Assembly (NCBI GenBank): GCA_002269645.1
Contig: NIVC01001071.1
Location: 62,001-126,000 of the forward strand
Length of the DNA stretch: 64,000 bases
From: Macrostomum lignano
Lineage: Eukaryota
Direction of reading: 5' to 3'
The notes under the pieces are model-generated. The model saw nothing but the letters and a program-made list of their open reading frames with translations, did not search any database and was not told the origin of the DNA. The translations under genes and the position numbers were made by a program. This document shows, one piece after another, positions 22,456-34,458 of the stretch (its first letter is position 1; each line of letters begins with the position of its first letter).

Positions 22456-22464
22456 AAAGCAATT

Positions 22465-23734
22465 GTGAGCCAAAAGTTTCCGGAATTTTTTCGAATCGAA
22501 CTTTTAGTGAATTTTTGTCTATGGAAAAGCTTAAAAGCAGCTACCATCTACTATGCTGTTGGCCAGCCTTATCATCACTCTTTAGCTTAGCATCGATCAG
22601 TTTCCCAGACCCTCACATAAGCCAGCAAACGCATTCAATGGAACTGCCAAGAACTGAATGGCAAGCAATTCTGCTCAGCCACTTTCATGCGGGACGCAAC
22701 GCAGCCGAGGCACATCGCGAGTTGTTGCAGCTGATGGGCCCACATGCACCCTCCAAGTCATCGGTGTACGAGTGGTTCTCTTGCTTTGCTGAGGAGAACT
22801 TTGAGTTGCAGGACAAGCCGAGGTCAGGCCGACCCCCTGCTGCTTGCTGATGGCAATGCCGTTCGCCAAGCCCTTGAGGACACTCCGGACTACAGCGTGC
22901 GCAAGCTACCAGCTGCTACTGGGGTGTCCTGTGGCACGGTCCGGCGGAGCCTGCATGCTGCGGACAAGGTGGCGAAGAAGTCAACTCTGGTGCCCCATGA
23001 GCTGACGCCTCAGAAGCTGAGAGCCAGGGTGCATGTGGCGACTTCGAATCTTCGCCAGGCCGGTTCGCCAAACTTTCTCAAGTCGATAATTGCTCAAGAC
23101 GAGAAGTGGGTCTGCTATGAGAACCCAAGCACATCAGCCGTCTGGGTCGATGCTTCTGAAGAACCACCCAGCTGCCCAATGCGGAACCCCCACTGCGGCA
23201 AGGAGCTTCATTCTTTCTGTATCTGCTCGTCTGGCCCTGTTTTCTGGGAGGTCATCCCGCGTGGCATGGCTGTGAACGCGGAGGTGATCTGCAGCGAACT
23301 GGAGCAGGTCGCCCGTTTGCTGCGATCCGTGCCCGGGGCACCGCGACAAGGTGCTCCTCTTCGACAATGCGCGGCCTCACAAAGCAAGACTCACCCAGGC
23401 CAAGCTGGCAAGCCTGGGCTTCAGTGTTTTGTCCCACCCAACATACTCGCCAGACATCTCGCCATGCGACTACCGTGTGTTCAGGTCTCTCCAGAGCTTT
23501 TGTGATGCACAGCGGTTCGCCAACAAGCAACATGTGGAGCAGGCAGTGCAGAAATGGATAGATTCAAGGCCTGCGAGCTTCTGGAGGGAGGGAATCGAGG
23601 CATTGCCAGCAAGATGGGAGAGGGTCAGGGCCTTGAATGGCAACTACATCACATCGCTGTAAACTGTTTGTTCTTGACACTATTTGTTACAGTTTTCAAT
23701 TGATCAAATTCCGGAAACTTTTGGCTCACCCTAA
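22465..23734 (+). mobile_element. Mariner (DD34D) transposon, defective
   Basis: TIRs GTGAGCCAAAAGTTTCCGGAATTT (22465) and AAATTCCGGAAACTTTTGGCTCACCCTAA followed by TA (23735-36). The outer bases of the left TIR are missing. Confidence 0.93.
22638..23662 (+). pseudogene. Mariner transposase with two frameshifts
   Basis: HTH ...WFSCF...DKPRSGRP; LVPHEL; QDEKWV; DNARPH-x-YSPDISPCDY (34 residues between the Asp residues), spread over three reading frames. Confidence 0.93.
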
Positions 23735-24344
23735 TACTTCAAAGCACTAGAAAGTGAAAAAGCAGATCAGAGGCAGAATATTTCAGAAATTAAAATAAAT
23801 TTAGCTATAATTGTATGATTACATGCGGACAACAGTTTAACTATTGAATACTCGTATTTTAACCCTTAGAGATTTCATTGAGTTTTCATTTTAAATTCCA
23901 CAAAAGTCATCAATCAGTTAAATTTGAACATTGCTAAAAGTTTTAAGAAAATAAACAGAAAATTGATTTAGAAATAAAACCGGATAAGCTAATAAAATGT
24001 TAATAAAATATGGCGTTCTCAACCAAGCTAATAACAAAACGATGCTGATATCTAAGCAGTTTACAATGCTATAAACAAGATTAATTTATTAAATAATAAC
24101 CTAGGAGAACAAAAATATTGAAATCAGAGCATATATCACCAGGCATTTCAATGAATTATGAATCAAGTTGTTGTTTAAAACAGAATTAATAATAGCACAG
24201 TGTTTAAGACTTAAGCAATTAGTTTTGGTTACACCACTAGATCGTGTACTTTATCTGCAAGAAACGATCTAAAAGTACATCAGGTTACAAAGAAAATACG
24301 GTAGTGATTGATGCTTCTAAAAGTACATATGCACTAAAGGACCC

Positions 24345-24660
24345 AAATATATACAACTCTAAAAGCACACAAGACCCGGCACATAAGGATCCCCAGATAG
24401 AAGACTCTAAAAGTACACAGCACCCTACACTTAAGGATCCCAGATAGAAGACTCTTAAAGTACACAACACCCTGCACTTAAGGATCCCCAGATAGAAGAC
24501 TCTTAAAGTACACAACACCCTGCACTTAAGGATCCCCAGATAGAAGACTCTTAAAGTACACAAGACCCTGCACTTAAGGATCCCCAGATAGAAGACTCTT
24601 AAAGTACACAACACCCTGCACCTAAGGACCCAAATAGGTGACTCTAAAAGTACACAAGCT
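24345..24660. repeat. 48-bp minisatellite (AAGTACACAACACCCTGCACTTAAGGATCCCCAGATAGAAGACTCTTA)
   Basis: Period 48 (24468 to 24516). Confidence 0.93.
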
Positions 24661-24878
24661 AGTATCTAGGGCAGTTTAGATAGAGACTTCGAATTGGACA
24701 AAGTGAGTGAAATTAAGATTGACTACCTCTATGGCAGAATTTGATTCTTTAAGCAAGTTTCTATGGCAAAAAGCTGACTAATTGCACTCATTTCGTCTAG
24801 TTTACCTTTAACAAATCAGAAGATAAAAAGGGAAATAATATGTAGTTACTCGACCAGCTAAGTCGACCTCACTTATGT

Positions 24879-25117
24879 TTACTTTTTTCGATTATTAAAG
24901 GGTCCACCGCCGCCGCCACCGCCGCGCCAACTACCCCGGTAGTGCTGCCGAGACGGTTGAAAACCAGCCGATGGCATGGGAGGCCCGCCGCCGCCTCGAT
25001 AAATAGCAGTAGAAGCCGCGTGCTGCTGCTGCTGCTGCTGTCGCTGAGCCGGCTGAACTCCCACCGTTCCAATGGCGGGTATGGGAGGACCACCGGCTTC
25101 GCCTCCTCCGTTGCCGC
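24879..25117 (-). CDS. TUT7: TUT4/7-like uridylyltransferase, probable last exon (G/Q/P-rich tail)
   Basis: Acceptor TTTTTCTATAG|GC in phase 1 matches the upstream donor; GGNGGGEAGG...GGPFNNRKK*. Confidence 0.6.
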
Positions 25118-25504
25118 CTATAGAAAAAGTTTGTGACATTATAGAAGACTAATAAAATAAGTCCAAATGAAAAACGTTTCAAAAAAATGAAACAATACAA
25201 ATGGCAACAAATTCTGATGCAATATAAACCAATACCGTTGAATCCTCGGTGACCCGACCAGTGAGGACCTAGCAATCCGATAGATTTATTAAAAATCGCA
25301 GATAATTTTTTAATTACTTCATTACTTACAGTTAGACAATTCGAATCATATTTCATATCAAAGTAAAATTTCCTTCCACATTAACTATACAATTAATCGT
25401 GCACTTGAATAGCCTTAGAAATAGATTCTTTTTAAAGTACATTAGATCCTGAACTTAAAAGTATCTTAAACTGTCAGGGGAAGGAGGTGGAATGTAGTAG
25501 AATG

Positions 25505-26212
25505 TCAGGGTAGGCAGTTGAGTGTCAGGGTAGGCAGTTGAGTGTCAGGGTAGGCAGTTGAGTGTCAGGGTAGGCAGTGGAGTGTCAGGGGAGGATTGGA
25601 GGAAGTGGAGTGTCAGGGGAGGCAGTGGAGTGTCAGGGGAGGCAGTGGAGTGTCAGGGGAGGCAGTGGAGTGTCAGAGAAGGTAGTGGAGTGTCAGAGAA
25701 GGCAGTGGAGTGTCAGGGGAGGCAGTGGAGTGTCAGGGAGGCAGTAAAGTGTCAGGGAGGCAGTGGAGTGTCAGGGGAGGCAGTGGAGTGTCAGGGGAGG
25801 CAGTAAAGTGTCAGAGGAGGCAGTGGAGTGTCAGGGGAGGCAGTGGAGTGTCAGGGAGGCAGTGGAGTGTCAGGGGAGGCAGTGGAGTGTCAGGGGAGGC
25901 AGTAAAGTGTCAGGGAGGCAGTGGAGTGTCAGGGGAGGCAGTGGAGTGTCAGGGGAGGCAGTAAAGTGTCAGAGGAGGCAGTAAAGTGTCAGAGGAGGCA
26001 GTAAAGTGTCAGAGGAGGCAGTGAAGTGTCAGAGGAGGCAGTGAAGTGTCAGAGGAGGCAGTGGAGTGTCAGGGGAGGCAGTGGAGTGTCAGGGGAGGCA
26101 GTGGAGTGTCAGGGAAGGCAGTGGAGTGTCAGGGGAGGCAGTGGAGTGTCAGGGAAGGCAGTGGAGTGTCAGGGGAGGCAGTGAAGTGTCAGGGGAGGCA
26201 GTGAAGTGTCAG
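25505..26212. repeat. 19-20-bp intronic minisatellite (GGCAGTGGAGTGTCAGGGGA)
   Basis: Visible tandem array. Confidence 0.96.
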
Positions 26213-26886
26213 GACTTTTGGATTATTTTGAGTCTGCACTTGCTTAGAATACTTGTCTCAAAGCACTGAATTTGCGCAGTTAATCTGTCCTTATCGACAT
26301 TATCACCCCACCGCAGCTCTCGGTAGCCAATCTGCAGCAGTTCAGAGAAGAAGTCAGTCAGTTTTGTTGCAAAAGCTGATAACAGCACAATAACATAACT
26401 GGCATAGAGGCGTCGCCCTTGCTGTTACTATGGTTACGCCCATGAGCGGCGAAAAACTTTCTTTACTCAGTATCTTAGTATCCTTGGTCGCATGGCTGCT
26501 ACAAGGGGGCCGTAGCCAATGCTCTGATGTTCCAGCGGCCCAGGCTCGATTCCAAGTGCAGTCACATTAATTTCGGGCTAAATTGGAATCTCGGCTTGGC
26601 TCTGCTCGTGCAATTAACGGCCTTAAGAGCCAACCCCCCAAGGCGCAGTGAAGTGTACATGCCTATTGATAAATAAAGTTAGGGCCGCTGTGCACTCCTG
26701 TGTGAGTGTGTGCCTGTGCGTATGACTGCGTACGTATCCGCGCGCTTGTGTGCCTGCTCAGGGGAGTCGGCGGAATGGGCAGCAATGCCTCTCGCCGGTT
26801 GTGTGACAATGTCGATTAAAGTGCGCCAGGGTGCACGCAGCCACCCAGCCTCTAACTAACTAAAGAACCACATTCACAGTATCTAC

Positions 26887-27259
26887 CTGCCAGTGTTGAC
26901 AACAGCCGCCATTGCTGGGGCGGCAGCTGCTGGGGTGGCGGCTGCTGCGACTGCTGGGTCGGCTGTGGGCCCCAGGTAAAGACAGGGAACGCCTGCGGAC
27001 TGCCGCGCAGCCTCAGCTCCTCAGGACCGGCCGGCAAGATGGCCAGCGGGATGAGCAGGTCGGGCAGGCCGGCAGCTCGTAGCACCACTGGCTGGTAGGC
27101 GGCCGATGGAGCCGGGGATGCTGGGGCATCGGCGCTAGGCATCGTTGATGATGAAGCAGAGCCGAGGCTGGACTGGCGCATGTAGAGAATGGCCGGGCCG
27201 CCAGTGGGACCGCTCTCTGCCGGGGCCAGCTGGGGCCGCGACTGCTGGTCGATTTGGAC
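26887..27259 (-). CDS. TUT7: TUT4/7-like uridylyltransferase, exon 5 (Q/P-rich; acceptor position ambiguous, 27259 or 27299)
   Basis: Donor GCAG|GTAGAT in phase 1. The phase-0 acceptor CCCGACCAG|GTC fits the preceding donor. Use of 27299 in phase 0 would instead end at a stop at 27135. Confidence 0.5.
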
Positions 27260-27371
27260 CTGGTCGGGAGGCAGGGCAGCGCTGGGTTGGATGGGGTGAC
27301 TGATAAAAGAGGATTTGGTAGAACGAATAATAGAACGGACAATGACAGGGGATAGCAAACAGAAAATTACC

Positions 27372-27533
<162 letters not shown>

Positions 27534-27550
27534 AGCAGGCCGGTCCGAAC

Positions 27551-28228
27551 CTGCTCCCGCTGGAAGTCCTTCATAGGCGTCCTGATGCCGTCCATCCGGT
27601 TGGCCTGCCGCATCTCGTGGCCGCAGTCCCTGGCTAAGTGGCCGATCTTGCCGCACCGCTTGCAGCCGCGGTCTTTCGGCACGTCGCCGGGGCAGAGGCT
27701 GGACGAAAAAAGGAACTCCTTCATCGCCCGATCGGGCAGGGGCTCGGCAGGCGGGGTGCACCAGCGCTTCAATGCGTTGAAAAATGTGGTCAGAATGAAC
27801 CAGGCCATCTTCTTGGTCATGCCGCTAGCTAGATTGTGGCTCAATTCGAACGGATCCTCGATAGCCAGGGGCGTAGACCAGAGCTTCTCTAGCCTTAGCA
27901 ACGGCCCGCTCCGTCGGATAGTGACAACTCGCGAGCGCCAATCGAACTCTAGATAATAGCGCAGGAATCCTAGCCAGAGCTCGCCTATGCTTTTGTCGGA
28001 CCTGGGCCGCCAGCGTTGCACAATCTCGGCTCGGTCGTCCTGGAACCAGGCGTTCCAGCCGTCAATCTGACGCTGCGGTGCCGGCCTCTCCGGCCAGCCA
28101 TCGTACAGCTCTTGCAGGCAGGGCACCAGGCCCTCGGACTGCAAGTAGTGCAGAGTGAGAATCACGTACGTGTAGGAGGACAGGCTGCCGCGGCTGGCGT
28201 CACCGATGCCGCAGGATTTGGCGAACAC
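27551..28228 (-). CDS. TUT7: TUT4/7-like uridylyltransferase, exon 4 (PAP-associated domain, nucleotide-recognition motif, CCHC knuckle)
   Basis: [19 protein letters not shown]..., [11 protein letters not shown] (His typical of UTP-selective Cid1/TUT7 enzymes), [14 protein letters not shown]. Confidence 0.93.
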
Positions 28229-28424
28229 CTGGCCAGAAAGGTGCAAGAGTTACTTTAGATTAGGAGTGAAGGATCAGAGAGTGAGAGACATGTGAACAAT
28301 CCATGAGTATATTTGTTTGTAAGTATATAAGCATAGGAGAACGAAGGACGAAAACAAAAGTTAAGGACCGGAAGTGACATATTGAAAGTGACGGATCGGA
28401 AAGGAGTGCACATGACGGGAGTTA

Positions 28425-29010
28425 CAGTGACAGACAGGGAGTGACAATGACAGCCGGGGAGTGACAGTGACAGACAGGAAGAGAGTGACAGTGACAGACA
28501 GGAAAGGAGTGACAGTGACAGACAGGAAAGGAGTGACAGTGACAGACAGGAAAGGAGTGACAGTGACAGACAGGAAAGGAGTGACAGTGACAGACCGGAA
28601 GGGAGTGACAGTGACAGACAGGAAGGGAGTGACAGTGACAGACCGGAAGGGAGTGACAGTGACAGACAGGAAGGGAGTGACAGTGACAGACCGGAAGGGA
28701 GTGACAGTGACAGACAGGAAGGGAGTAACAGTGACAGACAGGGAGTGACAGTGACAGACAGGGAGTAACAGTGACAGACAGGGAGTAACAGTGACAGACA
28801 GGAAGGGAGTGACAGTGACAGACAGGAAGGGAGTGACAGTGACAGACAGGGAGTGACAGTGACAGACAGGGAGTGACAGTGACAGACAGGAAGGGAGGGA
28901 CAGTGACAGACAGGGAGTGACAGTGACAGACAGGGAGTGACAGTGACAGACAGGGAGTGACAGTGACAGACAGGAAAGGAGTGACAGTGGCAGACTGAGA
29001 GTGACAGACT
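28425..29010. repeat. 20/24-bp intronic minisatellite (GTGACAGTGACAGACAGGAAGGGA)
   Basis: Visible tandem array; spurious TVTDRKGV and LPVCHCHS ORFs. Confidence 0.96.
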
Positions 29011-29145
29011 AAAAGGGAGTGACACATCGGATATGATGGATCAGAAAGGAGTGACAGATGAGAGTAAAACATTGACAAGAGAGGAGTGAGTTAGTGGCAA
29101 ACCAGAATGAGCTGACAAACAGGTCTTAAAGAAATGAGCACTTAC

Positions 29146-29649
29146 CTTAACAATGTAGCCCAGATCTCGCACCCGCCTATCCAGCATAGCATAGGTGCGC
29201 AGCATTTTAGTGTTCGCCGATGCCAGCCTATTGTACAAGCTGACGTCGCCTTCGCAATCAAATTTACGATGCCGAAATTTCACAATCGGCACCTTGGCCT
29301 GAGTGATTGGCAGGACATTGTAAAACTGCCTACTAGGCGCGCCTTTGAGAATTTTGGCCACTTTAGTAATTAAACTGGCCACAGGTGTCCGGAGTTGGGA
29401 CATGTCCGGACAGCTATCGAATGTCAGACACATATCCAGATCGCTGTCCCGAAATCCGAATCCGTTACAACAGGAGCCGAAAAAGTCCAGCTGAGCATCG
29501 GGAAAGTGCACCCTTAGCAGGGCGAGAATTTCGTCTTTAACTTCGGCTCGTTTCTTAATATCCTGATCTCGTTCTTCGAAATCGCCCGGCACGGTGACCA
29601 ATAGCTTGGTGAGATTGGCCAGGTGATGAGGCGGACAGGGCCCGGGCAG
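29146..29649 (-). CDS. TUT7: TUT4/7-like uridylyltransferase, exon 3 (active nucleotidyltransferase core)
   Basis: FGSCCNGFGFRDSDLDMCL and EGDVSLYN supply the three catalytic Asp; AKVPIVKF; donor AAG|GTAAGT. The acceptor position is approximate. Confidence 0.92.
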
Positions 29650-29699
29650 CTGGCTAGGCGACACTGGTTTCATCATTGACGCCGAAAAAGAGGACCATG

Positions 29700-29915
29700 T
29701 AAGGGCTCCAGCAATGACCCATAAGAGGGACCATGGATCCAGTAATGACCCAGGAGAGGACCATGGAATGGTTCCAGCAAAGACCAAGAAGAGGACGGAA
29801 GGGTTCTAACAAAGACCCAGAAGACCATGGAAGGGTTCCAACCATGACCCAGAAGAGGACCATGGAAGGGTTCCAGCAAAGACCCAGAAGAGGACCGTGG
29901 AAGGGCTCCAGGAAA
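29700..29915. repeat. Degenerate ~33-35-bp intronic repeat (GAGGACCATGGAAGGGTTCCAGCAAAGACCCAGAA)
   Basis: Visible imperfect tandem units. Confidence 0.8.
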
Positions 29916-30013
29916 GAGGTAGAAGATCGTAGAAGGTATACTATAACAAAGTGAACCTAGATTCTGAAAAAGCAGAGTCCACACTCCAAATACTTATGTA
30001 AACTATTGCTCAC

Positions 30014-31948
30014 CAAGACACCACCTTCGGCAGCCAATTCTTCATCAATCTCAGTATCCTCCAGCTCATCAGTCGGATCAACAGACTCTTCGCCTTCAAC
30101 ATCGTCAACATCATCGCCGTCGTCTTGAAAGTCGTCTTCCTCCATAGGGACATCGTCAACGATGGACAAATTAACGGCGTCAAGATCGTTGCCAACAACG
30201 GCAGCAGCGGCGTCAGGAATTTTATCGACGCTAGCCGACACCGAGTTCAAACAGTCGGCAACTAGATTGTCGACAATCTGACGGGCAAACTCTTCAATAG
30301 AAACTGGCGCAGTTAATTGCAACGGAGGAGGCACTGGCAAGGCCAGTTCGCTGTCGTTAACAGAGACGGTAGCGGTGTTGGTTGTGGTAGTCCGGCGACG
30401 CCTGCGCATCAACAGTCGTTGCTGACGCCGACGACGCGCCGAACGGACAGCGACGCGAACTATAGCGGCTAATTGAGCCGGCGTAGCGTTTGAATTGTCG
30501 CGGGCAAGATGCCGGCGCACAATGGCGGAGTACAGGCGCTGCACCAGCCAGCGATGAAAGTCAACAGTCGGCTGCGGATTGGACTTGGCAGCATCGCCAG
30601 TTGACGCAGCTGCACCTACGGCCAGATCCGGTTCGGTCAGATCCAGACTCGAACACGTCACTTTATCGTTAGGCGAGAAGACTTTACTAAGAGCAGCGTT
30701 GACAATGTCTATGGTAGAAACGACACCGTCAGCTGGTATTGGCACGCTATCGACAAGCTCTCTAGCTGCCAGACTAACATCGCCAAGATCAAACAGTGGA
30801 GTTATCTTCAATTTCTGAGTCTTTACCGAGGCGCTGCTACTGCAGCTGGTCTTCAATTTAAAATGCTGGTAGAGAGGTCCAGTGGCTAGCTGGGGCACCG
30901 CATAGTAGCGGTAAGCGGAACGAATCTGCATAAGAATATAGTCTAGCAATTCGTTGGTTGCAACACCTCTGGCCATATTCATTCTAGCCCGAAACGGATC
31001 CTCAATATTAATTCGTTTCGGCGTCCAATCTTTAGCCGAACATAGCACCGGCTCCGATTTGGTGATGCAAACAACGGAATCCTGCTGAGGCACGGAATAA
31101 TAACGCAGCAAATCAATCCACAATCGACCAAATTTAGCCGGACTACTATCGGCATCAGCCGGCTGCCAATACTTGGCTAAACAGTCCGGTCCGGCATTGA
31201 AATACTTCAATTGACCGTCGTCAAAGTTTACAGTAGTAAAACAATCGCTCGGCGCTTCAGCGATTTCGTTCAATACGGGCAGCAAGCTGACCCGTTGCAG
31301 ATAGTGCACCACCATCAGGTAGTAGGCGTGCGGCGGCAGCGTGCCTCTATCCGGTGCATCAGCCTTGGCCAAGTTGGCTACAGAGCGCAGCGCTAAGCAC
31401 AATCGCCGGCAACGATTGTCAAGTTCAACGTAAGCGCCAATTAGATTAGACGTGTGAACCCGATGACCGGTATTAACGCTGAATTGGTAAGATACACCTG
31501 ACGAATCTTTGCACAATATTGACGGTGAAAGATTTTCAGCCTGTGATGTGACCTCGGCGAATAGTTTAGTAGCAGCGGATGCGTCTTCACCATTGCCAGT
31601 TGTGGCTGTGGTCAGGGCGTCAAGGCAGCGATCAAATGCGTTATTAAACTCGGCGTCAATGCGTTTATTTTCCGAAGTGACGGCCGAGGCGTCCACTAAT
31701 GTTAAACTAAGATTGACGTCGCTGTTATTAGTTGCTAGGCTATAAGCCAGGCTGCCATAGAGGCGAGCATAACTACCTGAGCCGCCAGAGCTAATGCATT
31801 CGATGGCTCGGTTGGCTATTGAGAGACGGCGTTCAACTTCATCGCTATTCAGCATCAGAGAGTTGGTGTGCTCAACTAAATGCTCACCGACGCCCTCCGC
31901 GTGAGACTGAGTCGGAGACGGAGCAGCAGCAACAAAGCGTTGCAGATC
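30014..31948 (-). CDS. TUT7: TUT4/7-like uridylyltransferase, exon 2 (inactive N-terminal NTase + PAP-associated domain + acidic linker)
   Basis: LYGSLAYSLATNNSDVNL (D-x-N instead of D-x-D), PPHAYYLMVVHYLQ, IEDPF; acceptor CCCGCAG|GAT and donor TTG|GTGAGC, both phase 0. Confidence 0.9.
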
Positions 31949-32089
31949 CTGCGGGTGAAATGCGACGGGATAATTAGAGCGAAAGCATGAGCTATGGGAT
32001 AATCTATCAATTTATTGGAATTGGGAATTCCAGATTTAGATGTCGCAATTTTAATTTATAGGATTAGAATAAATATAGGACAGGGAATT

Positions 32090-32800
32090 ATGTAAAGGAT
32101 TGGCATTTTTATTTATAGGATTGGGATTTCTGTTCATAGGATTGGGACTTCTGTATATATGATGGGGATTTCTGTTTATAGGGTTGAGATTTCTGTTTAT
32201 AGGATTGGGATTTCTGTTCATAGGATTGGGATTTCTGTCTATAGGATGGGGATTTTATTCTATCGGATCAGGATTTCGGGATCGGGATCGGGATTGTCTA
32301 TAGGATTGGGATTTCTGTTTATAGGATTGGGACTTCTGTCTATAGGATTGAAATTTCGGTTTATAGGATTGGGACTTCTGTCTATAGGATTGGGATTTCT
32401 GTTTATAGGATTGAAATTTCTGTTTATAGGATTGGGATTTCTGTTTATAGGATTGGGACTTCTGTCTATAGGATTGGGATTTCTGTTTATAGGATTGGGA
32501 CTTCTGTCTATAGGATTGGGATTTCTGTTTATAGGATTGGGATTTCTGTTTATAGGATTGAAATTTCGGTTTATAGGATTGGGATTTCTGTTTATAGGAT
32601 TGGGATTTGTTTATAGGATTGGGATTTCTGTTTATAGGATTGAAATTTCTGTTTATAGGATTGGGACTACTGTCTATAGGATAGGGATTTTATTTTATTG
32701 GAATGGGATTTCATTCTATGGGATTCGGATTTCTGTTTATAGGATTGAGATCTCCATTTATAGGATTGGGATTTTATTCTATGGGATTGGGATTGGTATC
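32090..32800. repeat. 21-bp intronic minisatellite (TATAGGATTGGGATTTCTGTT)
   Basis: Visible tandem array. Confidence 0.95.
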
Positions 32801-32874
32801 AATGGCGGTACAAAATATAGGAATTCCATCTACGGAAGGGGAAATGCAAAAACATTTAATCCATAGCAGCTAAC

Positions 32875-33372
32875 CTGAATCTCAAACTTCAGTCGATGCC
32901 TATTAGAGTCAACGTGATCCCAAGCCCTGGCCAGGCTGTCAATGTGCAGAGCGCACAGTCGGCAATGATACAACGCTCGGGGAAATTTTGTCGCCTGCTT
33001 CATTAACGGCAAAACGCCTTGAGCTTCCAATCTGTCCAGCTGCTCGTCCCCAGGCTGAGCCGGATCTAGCGGCGCCCGAGGATTAGTGGGCGTATTAATG
33101 ACTGGCTGCGCAGCGATAGGCTTACAGACCATGAGCTCGCCATTGTGCGGATCGGGTCGAACTGTGGACCCGTCTGTGGCTAGCCGCTTCGGCTTCTGAT
33201 TGCTCGGAGCCGGATCTGCCGATTTCTGCTTTGGTGCTTCTGGAAGTTTTGTTCCTTTCTGCTTCTGCGGCTGCTGCTGCTGTTGCTGCTGCTTATTCTG
33301 CTTGTTCTTCTTCTTGGATTTTTTAGAAGGCGCCTCGCCAAGGTTGGGAATATCAGCTGAATTGCTGGCCAT
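32875..33372 (-). CDS. TUT7: TUT4/7-like uridylyltransferase, exon 1 (K-rich N-terminus + C2H2 zinc finger)
   Basis: ATG at 33372 (MASNSAD); YHCRLCALHIDSLARAWDHVDSNRH is the C2H2 finger of the TUT4/7 N-terminal module; donor CAG|GTTAGC; upstream acceptor TTGCTAG at 33450. Confidence 0.85.
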
Positions 33373-33729
33373 TGCGCTGCTTCTTCTTCTAGGCCCGGCG
33401 GAAGAAATCGAAGCAGATTCTGGCTCAATTTCGTGTGCCGTTTGCTGGCCTAGCAACAGAATTCAATTCTGACGAGCTTTGGACTTTAATAAACTGTATT
33501 TTATTTTGAAACCTGCTAACAGAAATTGAGACTGGCAATATTGCTTCTTTTGTGAGCGCTGCAATATTCGAGAGGAAGACAAATTAAGGCTTTAAATTAT
33601 CCAGCCACAAACGATTAATTTTTATCAAATAACAGGGAAATCTATCTTATTTCCATACTACTAACAATAGGATCTACTGGCTATTTATACAGTTTAACTC
33701 TCCTATGGAGTTCAGAGTCTACCTTTTTA

Positions 33730-34300
33730 CTCCACCTCCAATTGTGTCTACGTCTCCCACTCTACCTTTACTATAGTCTACTTCTCCAAATCTACCTTCA
33801 ATATAGTCTACTTCTCCAAATCTACCTACAATATAGTCTACTTCTCTAAATCTTCCTTCAATATAGTCTACTTCTCCAAATCTACCTTCAATATAGTCTA
33901 CTTTTCCAAATCTACCTTCAATATAGTCTACTTCTCCAAATCTACCTTCAATATAGTCTACTTCTCCCATTCTACCTTTACTATAGTCTACTTCTCCGTT
34001 CTCCCACTCTACCTTCAATATAGTCTGCTTCTCCCACTTTACCTTCAATATAGAGTCCAACTCACCCACTCTACTTTCAATATAGTCTAACTCTCCTATT
34101 CTACCTTCAATATGGAGTCTACCTCTCCCTTTTACCTAAATAATAGTCTACCTCCTCCTAACGTACACTCAAGAGTCTACCTCTCCTACTCTACATTCAA
34201 TACAATCTATTCATCTCACATAACCTTTAATTGAGTCTACCTATCTCATTCAACAAGTAAGAGCCTACCTCTTCCACTCTACCTTCAATAAGTCTATCTT
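33730..34300. repeat. 30-bp minisatellite (TATAGTCTACTTCTCCAAATCTACCTTCAA), decaying rightwards
   Basis: Visible tandem array between N6AMT1 and the TUT gene. Confidence 0.92.
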
Positions 34301-34458
34301 ATCTACTCTGTGCATTCCATACAGTTCACACCATCTTTTTAAAAAACAACACACAGATTCAACAACTTTCAAATTCAACAATGCTACGAATAGAAACAGC
34401 TGTATTTAAATGCAACATACATAAAAATCACCCAGGTTTTAAAAATAACGGAAACACA

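Noticed and set aside
26485-26680. Possible SINE in a TUT intron (GCTCGATTCC B-box-like, AATAAA tail)
   Set aside because: Single copy in the window, imperfect boxes and no TSD found.
28255-29078. (LPVCHCHS)n metallothionein-like ORF
   Set aside because: Intronic minisatellite lying between two in-phase TUT exons with strong splice sites.
32159-32866. Hydrophobic (LFIGLGF)n ORF resembling a membrane protein
   Set aside because: 21-bp intronic minisatellite on the strand opposite the TUT gene.
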